Part shown: in pieces, positions 33,628 through 45,610 of the stretch | How the letters are laid out: every line of letters begins with the position of its first letter | Numbering within the stretch: position 1 is the first letter of the stretch | Assembly (NCBI GenBank): GCA_004764695.1 | Contig: SMSO01000033.1 | Span: forward strand, 434,001-498,000 | Reading direction: 5' to 3' | DNA from: Schizochytrium sp. TIO01 | Taxonomy: Eukaryota; Protista; Bigyra: Labyrinthulomycetes | DNA: 64,000 nt | Notes under the pieces: model-generated | What the model saw: the letters and a program-made list of their open reading frames with translations, nothing else | What the model was told of the DNA's origin: nothing | Database searches by the model: none | Program-made: the position numbers and the translations under genes

Positions 33628-34617
33628 CTTGAGAGACTAGTGTTACTTCAAAGCCTGAAAGAGCTCCAATGCATAGAATCCCAGCCAGACAAATATCTGT
33701 CGCCTGTAATCAGAGATGGCTTAAGGCGCCGCTGGCGCTGCTGATATCGCTGCGCCAAATCTCAGCGCAAAGCTCTCTCGCATTCGGAACGTATTTCCCA
33801 ATATTTCGCAACGATGACAACCTGGGGTTTATTTCACGCTACTATAGGTGAGGTTGCTTTGCTTTGTAAGGAAAACCTCCATATGAGACTTCTGCTTTGT
33901 AAAGTCCTTCCTTGATGAAGTTCTTATCCTGACCTTCAAAATATACCTATCCGTTAGAGAAAAGGATATCCTAGAACATTCATACATTTGTTATAAAAAT
34001 TTTCAAAAATAAAAATTTTCTTGGATAAATAGCCCAAACTTACTTATAGCGAATCAAATCAAATCACTAATAGTAAGCAAACCTATTATGATAATGTGCA
34101 TGTGTGCTACAGGAATGTTCAAATGTGTCATGATAGAGCTGGGGCAGATTGTAGGCTTCCTTTTCTTTTCGCATGTTATTCTAAAACAAACAATACCCCT
34201 TTAATTGAAAAGTATGTCTTTAAACTACTCGCCAAGGTACCAGGCAGTGCACTTGGTGAAAGACACGTCAGTACATTTAGAAGTTGCAAATTGTTCCTGG
34301 CTTGATATCATTAGCAATAACATCGAGAGGGGGTTAGAAGAAAAGATTGATATGTACTTATGTTATTTCTTTCAAAAGAATATAATATCTTCTTGCTGTC
34401 AAGACCTGAGAAAGTGTTCTAGCGGAGGAGGCTCAAGGCAAGAAAATCAGTGACATGCCACATGCATTTGTGTGCGAGCCTTGCTGAGCTAAAAAATGTG
34501 TTGTGTTTGTTCATCCTCTGCGCTAAGCTGAGGGACGCTGGCTTGCTTGTGGCGAGCACACACCACTACCAGAACCTCCCATATTTTACGAGCATGGAAG
34601 GAGTCGCGGTGGTATGC

Positions 34618-35448
34618 TTAGATGGTCTTCTGCTTCCTGCCAGGGGTGGGCTTCTTAACATCAACCTCCTTTGGCACAATGACGAGAACAAGAAAGCCAT
34701 AAATTGCATGCGCCGCACCAAAGAAGATGGCCAGCTCCTGGTCAATATGTTCAAGTCCAGCAGCAACAGCAAAAACACCAGCTACCATGAGGCCAACCTT
34801 TCCAGATGCACGAAGGCAGCGAGCATTCATGAGCATGGCGCCAACCAGAGGCATAACTGCATGTCCACAGAGTGTGGCCAGAAACACGTGAAAGAGAAAC
34901 TCCACATTAAGCTGCACAGGCTCTTCGTCCATCTTAACAGCGAGCATTGCGAAACCCTCCGCGACCTTGGGGCGGAGTTCCGGAGTCATCAGTCCAAGTC
35001 CGAGTGCCCACGTCATCACCATGTTTGGCAAAATTGTGAAGCTATAGGTGGGCATCAGAATGGTCAGCAAGCCCGTCAAAATGTCGTTTCCTGCAATCAA
35101 CGCCACAAGTTTCGGGAACCCAAGGTGAAGGTGCATAAAGACCAGTCCGGCAGCGATCACAAGTCTCGCGAGGCCAGTGGCACGTGCCTGTGCAACTGGC
35201 ATTTTAGCGTGCCAAGTAATCAAGTACGTGAAGGACATGGCCAACAAACTGGCACCGAGAAGTACACACCAGGTGCCTTCGTCTCCAAGAAGGTTCACGG
35301 GAGGGCGTCCCTGCACGCGAACCCAGGGCGTCATGGACTTCATCGTCTCGACCTGCGATTCTCCTACAAGGTAGTGCACAAGCGCCGGCGTGGTGTAGGC
35401 AGACCCGACGATCATGGCCAAAGAGGCTCCAAACGCAGTGGTCGCCAT
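34618..35448 (-). CDS. Uncharacterised multi-pass membrane protein with C-terminal KxKxx ER-retrieval signal
   Basis: About 8 hydrophobic segments and a C-terminus ...GRKQKTI*. ATG at 35448. GC-rich coding-like codon usage. Confidence 0.75.
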   Translation of the reverse strand: MATTAFGASLAMIVGSAYTTPALVHYLVGESQVETMKSMTPWVRVQGRPPVNLLGDEGTWCVLLGASLLAMSFTYLITWHAKMPVAQARATGLARLVIAAGLVFMHLHLGFPKLVALIAGNDILTGLLTILMPTYSFTILPNMVMTWALGLGLMTPELRPKVAEGFAMLAVKMDEEPVQLNVEFLFHVFLATLCGHAVMPLVGAMLMNARCLRASGKVGLMVAGVFAVAAGLEHIDQELAIFFGAAHAIYGFLVLVIVPKEVDVKKPTPGRKQKTI

Positions 35449-36607
35449 GTTGAAGTCAACCGGGTTGACACACAGCAAGCTAGCCTTCCAACAAAATTAT
35501 TGCACCAGGATCAGCCACGTTGAATTAGACACAAAGCTTCAGCTCAGCGGTAGGCGGACAGCACAGGCTACGCTTCGTTCGGGAACTGCTCCGCGGCGGC
35601 CTTCGTCCAAACTAGCTCAGGTTTCAAACAATCAACAATCGCTGTCACAATAAATCTTTACGTTCTTTTCTTCCTCAACTTTGGAACACTACCCGGTAGG
35701 GGTTGGCTATTCCTGTATACCATTTACTAACTACCTGCCGCCAACGTTCTCTCTTAACTGTCACTCTTCGCAAACTCTAGCTAGTAGAATCCTTAGTAAT
35801 CCGCTAGCAAACTCTAGCGGAAGAGAAAGTAAAAAGAGACGAAAGAGACAAAGAACGAGCGAAGGAAAGGGAAGAAGCTCCACGTGTACAACCTTCGTTT
35901 TCTCTTGAGGTCGCGTGAAGCATCCACCAGCGACTGCTCAGACTCGCTTAGGGATGCTCAGGTCGGTCGTCACAGGGTGGGTACCTGGGGCGCTGTCTTC
36001 GGGCCTTCTGTAGTGCTTCGCTCCGCATTGCCGGCAAGCTTTCTGGCTGAAGATTAGAACTTGCGGACAGGTCGATCTTTCTTGAATACACCATGTCTGG
36101 TGTACAAGAGGGAGGCCGGGGTACAACTGCTGATATTAGCGAACCAGGATCATAGACCGCAACCAAAAAGTGATTTCCCTTCTTCCTGTGCTTCAAGAAA
36201 GTTATGCATTTGCTTACTTCCTTTCGGAGTAGCAGCAGTAGAACTTCTTTTCTGCTGGGAGATTGGAAACGCAACAGAAACGAGCCCTTAGACTAGGCAG
36301 TGAGAGGCTCATGTGTCATGGCCATAGATTATTTGGTACGGCATTGTGAATGTAGATGGGCAATTCAATAACCTGCCTGGTTCTTCAACGTTTCATGCGA
36401 GATACCTGCGGCAAAGGATACCGGATGAATTCCGCGGATTGTGAAACGACCTTAGACACGGCCTGCCAGATTTCTGAGCACTATACGTACCTATGCCCAT
36501 CGCGAGGCATATATTCAAAGAAGAGCAAAGTTTATATAAGTTGGAGAACTAGGTACTATGAAATTTAATGTGGGAACCATCACCAAAACTTCGTGGAAAT
36601 TTACCAA

Positions 36608-37520
36608 TTGGAGATTAATCTGTAAATTTACAAAGCTTGCATTTACAAAGTGGCGCTAAGGTCCAATCGTGGTTAAAGACTCGAGACTCAAAGCCAATTT
36701 TTAATTCATGTCCTTGAATGGTAGCGCACAAGGATGCCTCTGGCGGCATGGATATCACTATATTTGCGGGGCATTTTAAAATCTTGAATGCTCCGGGCTT
36801 GTCGTGGATGGTATCTAATACCGGATTTATTGCATAGTTTTGAGGTGCAATCCTCTCGGCAAATTACCAGTTTACACCACTGGCAGGGAAATGTTCGGCC
36901 TTGCGAATGAGCGCCTGCCGGAAGCCAACGAACGACACATCATCCAAGCTGTCTTGATTTTGATTCGTGATTGTGTTAACTTGTTGGGGTTTCGAATTCT
37001 GGCAAAAGGATAACACTGAAGTTTTCAAAGAGCCAAAGCACAAGTTTGCGGTGAATCTCGGTGGTCCAGTAGGACCCGCATGCCCGGCCTTATGAAGTTG
37101 ACCCCTCTACTACCGATGTCTCTGTAGACGGCGGAGAACGCCAATCTGACATTTGTAGTTCTCTTTTTGCTTGGCGAAGGGCACTTTGACGTAGATAATG
37201 GTACGGTCAGTGCTGCGTTGGTGGAACAAACCGCAGTCATAGGTGCGCTCGGCGTCATCACTTGCGTATATGCGATAAGCATCCGAAGGGCACTAACCAA
37301 GGCGCCAAACTTCTGATTCAGCACATTGATAATTTGAATTGAAGGTTTGGTTCACTTGTAGTATTTGAAGCTTGGTGGTTCCTTAGTCATGCCATTTTCT
37401 TTCCTGGCCTCCACTTCTTAACAAAAACCTAAATAATTACAATATATCATTCATATGGAAAGTCACTCACTACCTACCATTCGGAGATTATATAAGTTCT
37501 AACGTTTTCATAAGCTCAGT
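36608..37520 (-). repeat. Dispersed ~0.9-kb repeat, copy 2 (decayed protein-coding sequence)
   Basis: Colinear with 25275-26230 in the same orientation, with independent indels. Confidence 0.85.
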
Positions 37521-37557
37521 ATATTTGTTGCAGCGCAAGGAGGAGAATCTATGGCGT

Positions 37558-39278
37558 TTATATTACTTTGACCTCAGTGGGTGTTGAGGGTTCCACTTGT
37601 CCAAGAGAAATAGGTGGCGAGAGCTCGACGCTTGGGTTTGTAGAGACAAACTGGCCCATAGTGCCTTGTTGACGCTGTTCGATCTGTCGGTGGTCTATTT
37701 GGTCGAAATACTCTTTCCATGAATCACCCTGGCGGTAGCGCAACGTGTCATGAATATCTAACTTGGCTTGGTCAAAATCAATCAGACACCCAATGAGAGC
37801 AGCCATCAGAAAAATAGGTCCTAACCCAACAATCGACCATCGAAGATGATCAAATTTCTCGTTGATTGTAGTGTAGAGGAGAGGCGGAAGCCAAGTCAAA
37901 AGACTTGCGAACGTGACGCGGATCGAAAAAAATGTGGTCTCTTTCCCGCCTGGCACCAAGGCGCTAAAAGTCCATTACAAACTGTAAAAATCCCTCCTAA
38001 CAGAAGGCCCCAAACAACACATAATGCTCCAACAATAAATACAACATAATCATCAGTGACCTGCTCAAAAGTATTACCAGCTTCGGCAGTTACAGTATCG
38101 CACATTCCATATTGGGTAGAATCCTGACTGTCTCCAGAGCTGCTATTGTTGCTTACGGGCACCGAGTCTGCAATCAAAATTGCCGGAGTGAGAAAAAAGG
38201 ATACCCCAGCTAAGATATTAATCCCGACGTAGATTCTCTTCAATGAAAAGAACTGAGCTAGCACGGAGATCAACAAAGACCCTGGAAGAGAAAACACCAA
38301 TGCTAGTGCCAAAAAGCAGGATGTAAGAAAGCTCGAAAAACCTAAATAAAATTGCAAATACGTAGTTGCCAGAATTGATATTGCACCTGCGCCAGCATTA
38401 CCAAAAGACCAAGAAATGAGAAACTTAGCCAGCTGTGGGTACGTGGTCCATACTTCACGACTCGAGTCAACAAGGTGTCCAAGACCAAAACACGCCTTGT
38501 TGACTTTGGGAATGCCAATTCCTCGAGATTTGATCAGGCGATATCCTGGGGAAAACCAGCAGACAGCATAAACCACAGATATAAAACCTCCATACGAGCC
38601 TTGATCAAACGAGTTCCACGAGAGGAGATGACCCAACAAAATGACGAACAATGCTACTACAACCTGAGAACCATTCATCATTAAGTATGCATAGCCAAGG
38701 TATCTTGTTACCTTCAAATCATCAGTTGAGAGTTCAGGCGCCAAGCTTGCAGACAAAAGTGCTGCACCCTCATATGCGATTCCGCCTAAGGCGAAAAAGA
38801 CGCCGATAGCGATTAAGCTAGCATTACTGTGCCATAACGGTTCAGGCAAGAATTCTGATGGGTTCTCAGGGTCCACAGTATGCGATTCCCCAGAAAGTAG
38901 TAAAATTGCCATTGCTAGACTGAACAAGAAGAGGCTTATATAAAAACCAGCTAGCAGGGTCTTTCGGTATGGGGTGATATCCGCCAATGTTCCAAGAAAT
39001 GGCCCTATGACGGCAATGGACACTCCCGTGATAATTCCGATTGTGGAGACAAACGAGCTTGCTTTCAGGCGCCCTCCGAGGATCATTGCGTCACAATCTG
39101 CCATAGCTCGAGCAAATTCGTTTTGTGCTACGCTTGCAAACAGGCCAGCAAAAATGCTTGGCGCTCCACGTGCAGCGAACAGGTACACAAAGCCACGCGC
39201 CTCGCCATTCTCCATGTTGGTACATCTGCTCAACCACGAGTTGGACTCGTACGCACCCCTCGATTCCTCCTTTGCCAT
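37558..39278 (-). CDS. MFS transporter (ATG22/UMF1-like), interrupted by a 1-nt frameshift at ~37966-37969
   Basis: ORFs 39278-37896 and 37959-37558 together align end to end with the intact paralogue at 43991-45610. Adding one base to the A4 run restores GLFSALVPGGKE. Confidence 0.8.
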
Positions 39279-41173
39279 GGCGTTTTAATTTTCGTCTGCC
39301 TCGACCAGCCTTGCTCAAATTCTTAACGTGAGCAAGACTGGGCTCAGCACTACTTCAGCAGGCCTGAGCTTTCAGATTGTGGCAATCTTCAACTTCAAGC
39401 TCTTGCCAAGGACTTATCGAGGCTTCTCCCTTTTTCTTATTATTTTTCAGTTCTATACACGGGAAAGAAATAAAAAAAGAAAAGAAAAACACAGAAAAGG
39501 GGAAACTTGACAGAAGAAGGAAAGGAACGCCAGCACATCAGCGGTAGGTAGTACCAGACACTACTTCTACTTCTAATCCTTTACGTGGTTGAAAGCACAA
39601 GTAGACAATCACATATGAGCAAACTATATTTTAGACCATCATGATAGGCAGTAAAGCCGCCTACAACAGTAGGTCACTCACTCACTACATGGCCAGCTTA
39701 AGATACCTTACAGTGGAGCTAGCGACTACTCGAAGGCTGGACCATCGTCCTGGTCATCCGCACATCCACATCTGGAGCAGGCGGTCCATCTCCAAATGGA
39801 CATTCACTTACTTCGATGACCACGTTGGAAATCACCGATCGAAAATCATTGATCATAATCGAGCAGGGCGAGAGCTGAAAGACGGTAGGTACCAGCTAGC
39901 TACATCTTGAGCTCTCTCGAAGGGATTGGAAGGGTCTTTGAAGCAGAAGGGTGATAGAGTGAACGGTAGGTAGGCTTCATTGACAAGCCCACTGTGCATG
40001 TAATAGCTTGATTTAGGGTACCACGACCAAACATTCAGTCTACACGATTAAAAGAAGCTGCGTGTTTATAGTTATTGGAGAAAAGGCTCTTCGGAGTCGG
40101 CGTGCGTACAAACTTATTGCATTAAGTATCGTTGTCATGAGAACAGGAGGGGTGCCGGATCGTAACCGCTTTCAGTGGTTTTGACAGTTTCCCCCATACT
40201 TCCGAGGCGCGACTACAGTTTATGAAGCAGTCCATATACGTTTCCCTTGTGGGTATAGATAGATTGAGCAGGCTTGTACTTCCCGAGCTGGCACGATCCT
40301 CGAGAAGATCACCAGCGCTAGACTTTGGGACTTTCTCTTGCTCCTACACCATATCTCATGGCCATGTTACAAAGGTGTAATGGTGCAAAACTTTTATCAG
40401 CAGCGTTAACCTGTGCCTTGGTACTTTTCCCAAATCAAACGATCAAGATCGATCAATCAACCGATTGATGAATCATCGGTGGTGCTCTGAAAAGGTTACC
40501 TCTACTTCAACTTGAAGCATCACGAAATCAGTATTTGTATCTCCTTGCTGCAACCTGCGCGCAAAGGTTGCTTGGAGACATCCTTCTGGTGCGCCAGTGG
40601 CACCTCATTCAAGTCAAAAGTGCCACCAGCATGACCACCATAACTCTTAAACCCAAATACACGTGCACGTGCTGAGGACACAGCTCTTGGAGCTGAGCGG
40701 AAATCCTTTTAAAGACAGTTCCGCCCACAACCGAATTGAGGTGCCGTGGTCCTCAATCGCAGCCGTCTGCATTTCCAATGGTCGTCATGGCAGCGGTGCC
40801 GATCCTCACGATCACGATCATAATCATCATCGCCGCCGCCACGAAAGATGCCGTTGGTACACACCGTCTTCAGAACTTGCACCCGACGGCCAGCTCAATA
40901 GGGTGAAGTACTGCGCGTGTTTCATTTCGCGCCACTGACATGCATTGATGCAGGTAGGTACCTGGCTTTAGTGCATCTGATCATCAAAGGCTGAAGCCTG
41001 AGGCCACAGCGAACGGCTTTGCTGAGGAATTGTTTGGGCGTGCGCAACTTTATTTTATTTGTTGCAAACCAGACCGCTGCTCCGGGTGTCCTTGATTGTA
41101 GACAGTCTGATTAACGCCAAAGAAAGTAAACTAAACCAATTTCAATTCTAATTAGGTGTACAAGGTCTCAGGC

Positions 41174-41178
<5 letters not shown>

Positions 41179-41204
<26 letters not shown>
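41179..41204. repeat. (AT)n microsatellite
   Basis: Direct reading. Confidence 0.95.
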
Positions 41205-41207
<3 letters not shown>

Positions 41208-41526
41208 TTTATTAGAAAAGAGTAAACGTATATCATAAATCAATACCTGAATAGAATTGACTGTCATTATCATTTAAAAAAAAAATCAAAAACCCAGATA
41301 TCGGTATCTACGTATTCTTCACATTTTACCTACGATTCAATTAATCCTGAAAATAGTTCTCTTTCTTCGGCAATCGTTGGAAACGCCGCCCTTCGTGCCG
41401 CTGATCGTCCTTCCAAAGCCGAGGACCCCAGCTTCAAGCTCAGCATTTCGCCTTTCAAATCTCGAGCTCCAGGCTCGAATCGAGACGATCCTTCAGTTCC
41501 AAAGTTCCGCGATCTTGTTTTAGTCC

Positions 41527-41527
<1 letters not shown>

Positions 41528-41578
<51 letters not shown>
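41528..41578. repeat. (CTTT)n / (GAAA)n microsatellite
   Basis: Direct reading, about 12 units. A shorter (GAAA)n run lies at ~42757-42777. Confidence 0.95.
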
Positions 41579-41579
<1 letters not shown>

Positions 41580-42060
41580 TTTCCCCCTCCAAAACAGCCC
41601 TGCTAACCCCACATAGGCACTGCTACTGCCAGTAGGAGGGCGCCTATCTACTACTACTATGGACCTTTAAAGTACCAGGTCCTGTTCCCAGAAGACTGCG
41701 TATTTGTGTCCCCTCCGTGTCGCTCACTATACAGTGAGCGATAGGAAAGAAAGAAAGCACGCGTGCCTCGGATGCCCTCTTTCTGCCTATCAGTTTGCTG
41801 CTCAGTTTTCATGGTTAATGCCGCCCACACGCATTGAAGATGGTCCTTCGCAGATGGGCTGAGGAGCTTTGGGGGTCTTCTGAGAGGTCAGAAGGACCCG
41901 CCCATCGAAGGAGCCACTGCAGGAGAAGCGGCAGGGCCTATGGTGAAACGTCGTAAAGAGTCTCGTCTTGCATACAGTCAGTACCTATTCCAACTATGGC
42001 TCTGTATTTCATCATGAAGACAATAAAAATGATAAGTAAAAGGAAAACATAGAAATAAGT

Positions 42061-42111
42061 AAAACTAAAACTAAAACTAAAACTAAAACTAAAACTAAAA
42101 CTAAAACTAAA
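42061..42111. repeat. (AAAACT)n hexanucleotide microsatellite
   Basis: Direct reading, about 8 units. Confidence 0.95.
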
Positions 42112-42398
42112 ACAAAAGCTGTTTGTTTGTAGGTTCATGAGAGGTGAAAGAAACACATCAACAAACCGACGAACAGACTTCGAAGTTGTTGCCTCTTCTT
42201 TCTTCGCGTCTCCTTTCGCTTTTGGAACTCTTCGCAGACCCAGATCGCTTCGAGCCCAAAGTGAGCGAAAGGAACCTCAGATATGATATTGCAGTCAGCC
42301 AAAGGCCTAGCTAGAGTCGCGAGCATTTGCTGCCTTTACGAGAGATAGCGGTGCCGGTCTGAGATCGAATTTCGCGCGTTCTCGCTCCAAACTGCCAT

Positions 42399-42426
42399 TC
42401 TCTCTCTCTCTCTCTCTCTCTCTCTT
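42399..42426. repeat. (CT)n microsatellite
   Basis: Direct reading. Confidence 0.95.
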
Positions 42427-43990
42427 CTTTCCGCAGAAGTGGTCAATTATTCTGGCTATAATGGTGATTTTATATATTTTTTTAATTTATTTTTAATTTA
42501 ATTTTAATTTTAATTATCAGTTTGGGGGTATTATGGTTTCTGAACAGAAAACAAACAAACAGTCTTGAAAGCGGCCTATGCACGGCTAGGACACTAACAG
42601 GGGTTAAGTACTTCTACCGGGAGGGTGGAAAAGTCATCATGGTGGTTTCATGAAGTAGTAGGGAAAAAAAGAATTAATCATAAATAAAGTAGATTCATTA
42701 AACCCACTCGTACCGATACATGTGTATATCGTATTTATTTTAATTAGAGAATGAATAAAGAAAGAAAGAAAGAAAGAATAAATTAAGAATAATAATCAAA
42801 TATACATACAACTCGGGATGTAAGCAGAAACCCGTCTATTACAAGCAGAAGCCGACTAAAGCCTGAGTGAACAGCGTTCAACCAATAGCATTGCTCCTCT
42901 CTTCACAGCCATGCACTACTACTGTGAGTGTAATCACATCATTTGAAGGATTAAAAAGGCCTCTAAGTTTCATTTCATTTCATTTCATTTCATTTTGGTT
43001 TAGTTTAGTTTCTAAGTCCTCTCGTTTTCTGCGACAGTGCACGAGCAGACTATTAATGGGTATCTATCATTAAATATAGGAGTGGCAGTATGCGGAAGCG
43101 CGGGTCCGTTTGCAGCTTCCTTCCGCGCGAGCCAGGGTTATTGTTTAGGGTAGGAGGTGGTTAGGGTCAGGCACGGCAATGTTTTGGGTCTTTAAAGGCG
43201 ACTAAAAGTTTAGTATTAGTTTTAGACATCAAATTGAAGAAGGACATGATTTTTGTAAAATGATTGAAATGTTCGAGCGACAACATGATTTCATGAGCTT
43301 TACAAAGCTTTGCCGCTTTTGATGAACTTGGGACTCGTTGTGCGGCATCTTTATCGACACGATCTCCGTCGAGACGTCTTCTGGCACTTCGTTTTTATTT
43401 GTTGTGCCTTCGATCATGGGGCTTGATGCCGGGTTTTTGCTTGATTTGGTTTAAAAAAGAAAAAAAAGAGGAAACCCGAAAAGAGTTACAATAAGGGCGA
43501 AAAACACTAAATTTCATTGAACTGCTCAAAGTTTGTTGCCCTTAGTGTGGTTTTTGTAAAATGTTTGACTGGCCGAGTCTCAAGTCCAAATCTGAATTGG
43601 CTCGCGCTCGACGTGGCCAGCGCTCGCTAGGAGGTGCCAACAGTGAGCTGCTGCAAAACCTCAACGTCACCTTGACGCTCGACTGCAACTTTCTAGTTGG
43701 CTGAGCAGCCTCGATCGCATCGGCAGCAAGTGCTTTCCGTAACTGAGTCCAGGACGACCTTGAAGCTGGAAACGCCAAACAAATAGCTGCGAGGCGTCTT
43801 GAAGACTTGCTTAAACCCCTTGCAGAAGAAACTTAATGTTCTGAGATCCTCCTGAGTGGCATTCAAGAACCTTGAGATAATTGAGAGATTTGTGAAAGTC
43901 CTACAGATCTGTAAGTGATCAGAGCAAGCCACACTCGCTGTTCACAGGTAGAAAGAAGGGGAAACATAAGCCGCAGTATTCACTACCATC

Positions 43991-45610
43991 ATGGCCTCTG
44001 GCCAGGGCTTTGTAGATGTAGGGGCGCCGAGGAGCCTTGGTGATCGCATCTTTTGCCTTTGTAAGCGAATCGCTCCCGATAATCCTGAAGGTCGAGGCTT
44101 TGTGTATGTTTGTGCGTCTCGAGGCACTACAACCATTTATGTGTCGCTTTTCGCATCGGTAGCACTTAATGCCTTTGCGCTCTCGGTGAGTAATTGTGAC
44201 GGAGAGATCTTTGATGGTGCCATCAAAGCCAGTTCACTCGTCTCCTCTCTTGGCGTTGTGGAAGGAGTCCTAAATGCTATTCTCAGTCCCTTTCTAGGCT
44301 CCATCGCAGACCTCACCCCCCACCGGAAGCCTGGTATTGGTCTAACAATTACTCTCTTTCTTGTTCTCAATGTAGTTCAAGCGCTTCTCTTTTTGTCCGA
44401 AGACTCTGACAAACTTGACCCCGATGACGATACTGGAACTGAGTATCTTCGACGCCCTCTTTGGCAATCTGATGTTGCATTGATGATTTTATGCATCATC
44501 ATTATTATCCAAGTCGTAAGCTACGAGATCGCTGCGCTCCTTACACAATCCTACAGCTCTGAACTCAGTCGTGATGATCTTGAAGTCACTCGGTTCGTTG
44601 GTCTCGGCTACACTATGCTCAACTCAATGCAGCTCTTCTTGGCTGTGGTCGTAACCGCTATTTCCTTTGCTGCAGATCTCGGTTCCTTGCAGCAAGGTAC
44701 AGTTGGTGGCTTCATTGCCTTTGCTATTGCTCTCACATGGTTTTTGCCTGGCTATCGTATGCTAGGCTCACGTACAACCGTCAACAAAGAGTTTGATCGG
44801 ACTTGCTGTGGGTTGAAACATGTGTGGACTACCGTAAAAGAAATATTCACTCAATACACTCAACTCGCACTTTTCTTGGTGAGTTGGGTGCTCGGTAGCG
44901 CTGCCGTGTCCTCTATCGCTGTACTTTCTACGTCCTATTTACAGTTCCACCTCGGCTACGATGGTACTCTCACATCTGCTATCCTTGCACTGGCTCTCCT
45001 CTTTTCTGTCCCAGGATCGCTTATCGCTCATTACCTGACTCGCTGGTACTCTCTCAAGGCCATCTACATTATGGTTCTTATTATTTATGGCATTTCGTTC
45101 ATTGTTGGTCCTGCACTTCTCGTGGCAGAGTCCGTCCCCGTTAACGACGTCAATTCTACCATTACCAAGACTCAATATGGATTTTGCGACACTGTCATTC
45201 TCGGCGACAGTGATGAGACCCAGCAAGAAACCGAATCCTACATCCTCTATGTCCTCATTGTTATTACAATTATCTGGGGTCTTGGTCTCGGTTCTTTGTA
45301 TGTGATCTCAAACAGTTTGTTCGCCGCGCTCATTCCTGGGGGTAAAGAGAGTAGCTATTTCGGGATCAAGGTTCTCTTTGCAAAACTCCTCACATGGTTG
45401 CCATCCCTGCTTTTCACAACGATCAATGAAAAGTTCGATAATCTTCGATGGGCAATTGTTCCTCTAGGCCCGTTGTTTCTTCTTGCAGCTGTTGTAGCCT
45501 TCTTCATTGATTTTGACAAGGGCAAAGCCGATATTCATGATACCTTGCACCGTCGTCGGGGTGTTCAGTGGGAGCAGGATGGCAGCGAGGAAGGATCTCT
45601 CAAGGCATGA
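43991..45610 (+). CDS. MFS transporter (ATG22/UMF1-like), intact paralogue
   Basis: About 12 TM segments, 'SPFLGSIADLTPHRK' (MFS motif A-like) and 'LIPGGKESSYFG' typical of ATG22/UMF1-type proteins. Confidence 0.85.
   Translation: MASGQGFVDVGAPRSLGDRIFCLCKRIAPDNPEGRGFVYVCASRGTTTIYVSLFASVALNAFALSVSNCDGEIFDGAIKASSLVSSLGVVEGVLNAILSPFLGSIADLTPHRKPGIGLTITLFLVLNVVQALLFLSEDSDKLDPDDDTGTEYLRRPLWQSDVALMILCIIIIIQVVSYEIAALLTQSYSSELSRDDLEVTRFVGLGYTMLNSMQLFLAVVVTAISFAADLGSLQQGTVGGFIAFAIALTWFLPGYRMLGSRTTVNKEFDRTCCGLKHVWTTVKEIFTQYTQLALFLVSWVLGSAAVSSIAVLSTSYLQFHLGYDGTLTSAILALALLFSVPGSLIAHYLTRWYSLKAIYIMVLIIYGISFIVGPALLVAESVPVNDVNSTITKTQYGFCDTVILGDSDETQQETESYILYVLIVITIIWGLGLGSLYVISNSLFAALIPGGKESSYFGIKVLFAKLLTWLPSLLFTTINEKFDNLRWAIVPLGPLFLLAAVVAFFIDFDKGKADIHDTLHRRRGVQWEQDGSEEGSLKA

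Noticed and set aside
34450-35523. 357-aa + strand ORF
   Set aside because: GTG start and H/Q/R-rich composition typical of the antisense of a hydrophobic protein. The - strand membrane protein is the credible gene.
40480-40660. Minus-strand fragment GCLQATFARR...VEVTFSEHH vaguely like a MULE/FAR1 zinc-binding domain
   Set aside because: Too short, bounded by stops, with no transposase catalytic region or TIRs visible.
42061-42111. (AAAACT)n as an interstitial telomere or CRISPR-like array
   Set aside because: Simple spacer-less microsatellite that does not match TTAGG/TTAGGG-type repeats.
42325-42380. TGCCTTTACGAGAGAT resembling U5 snRNA loop I
   Set aside because: One U short of GCCUUUUAC, no complementary stem 5' of it and no Sm site.
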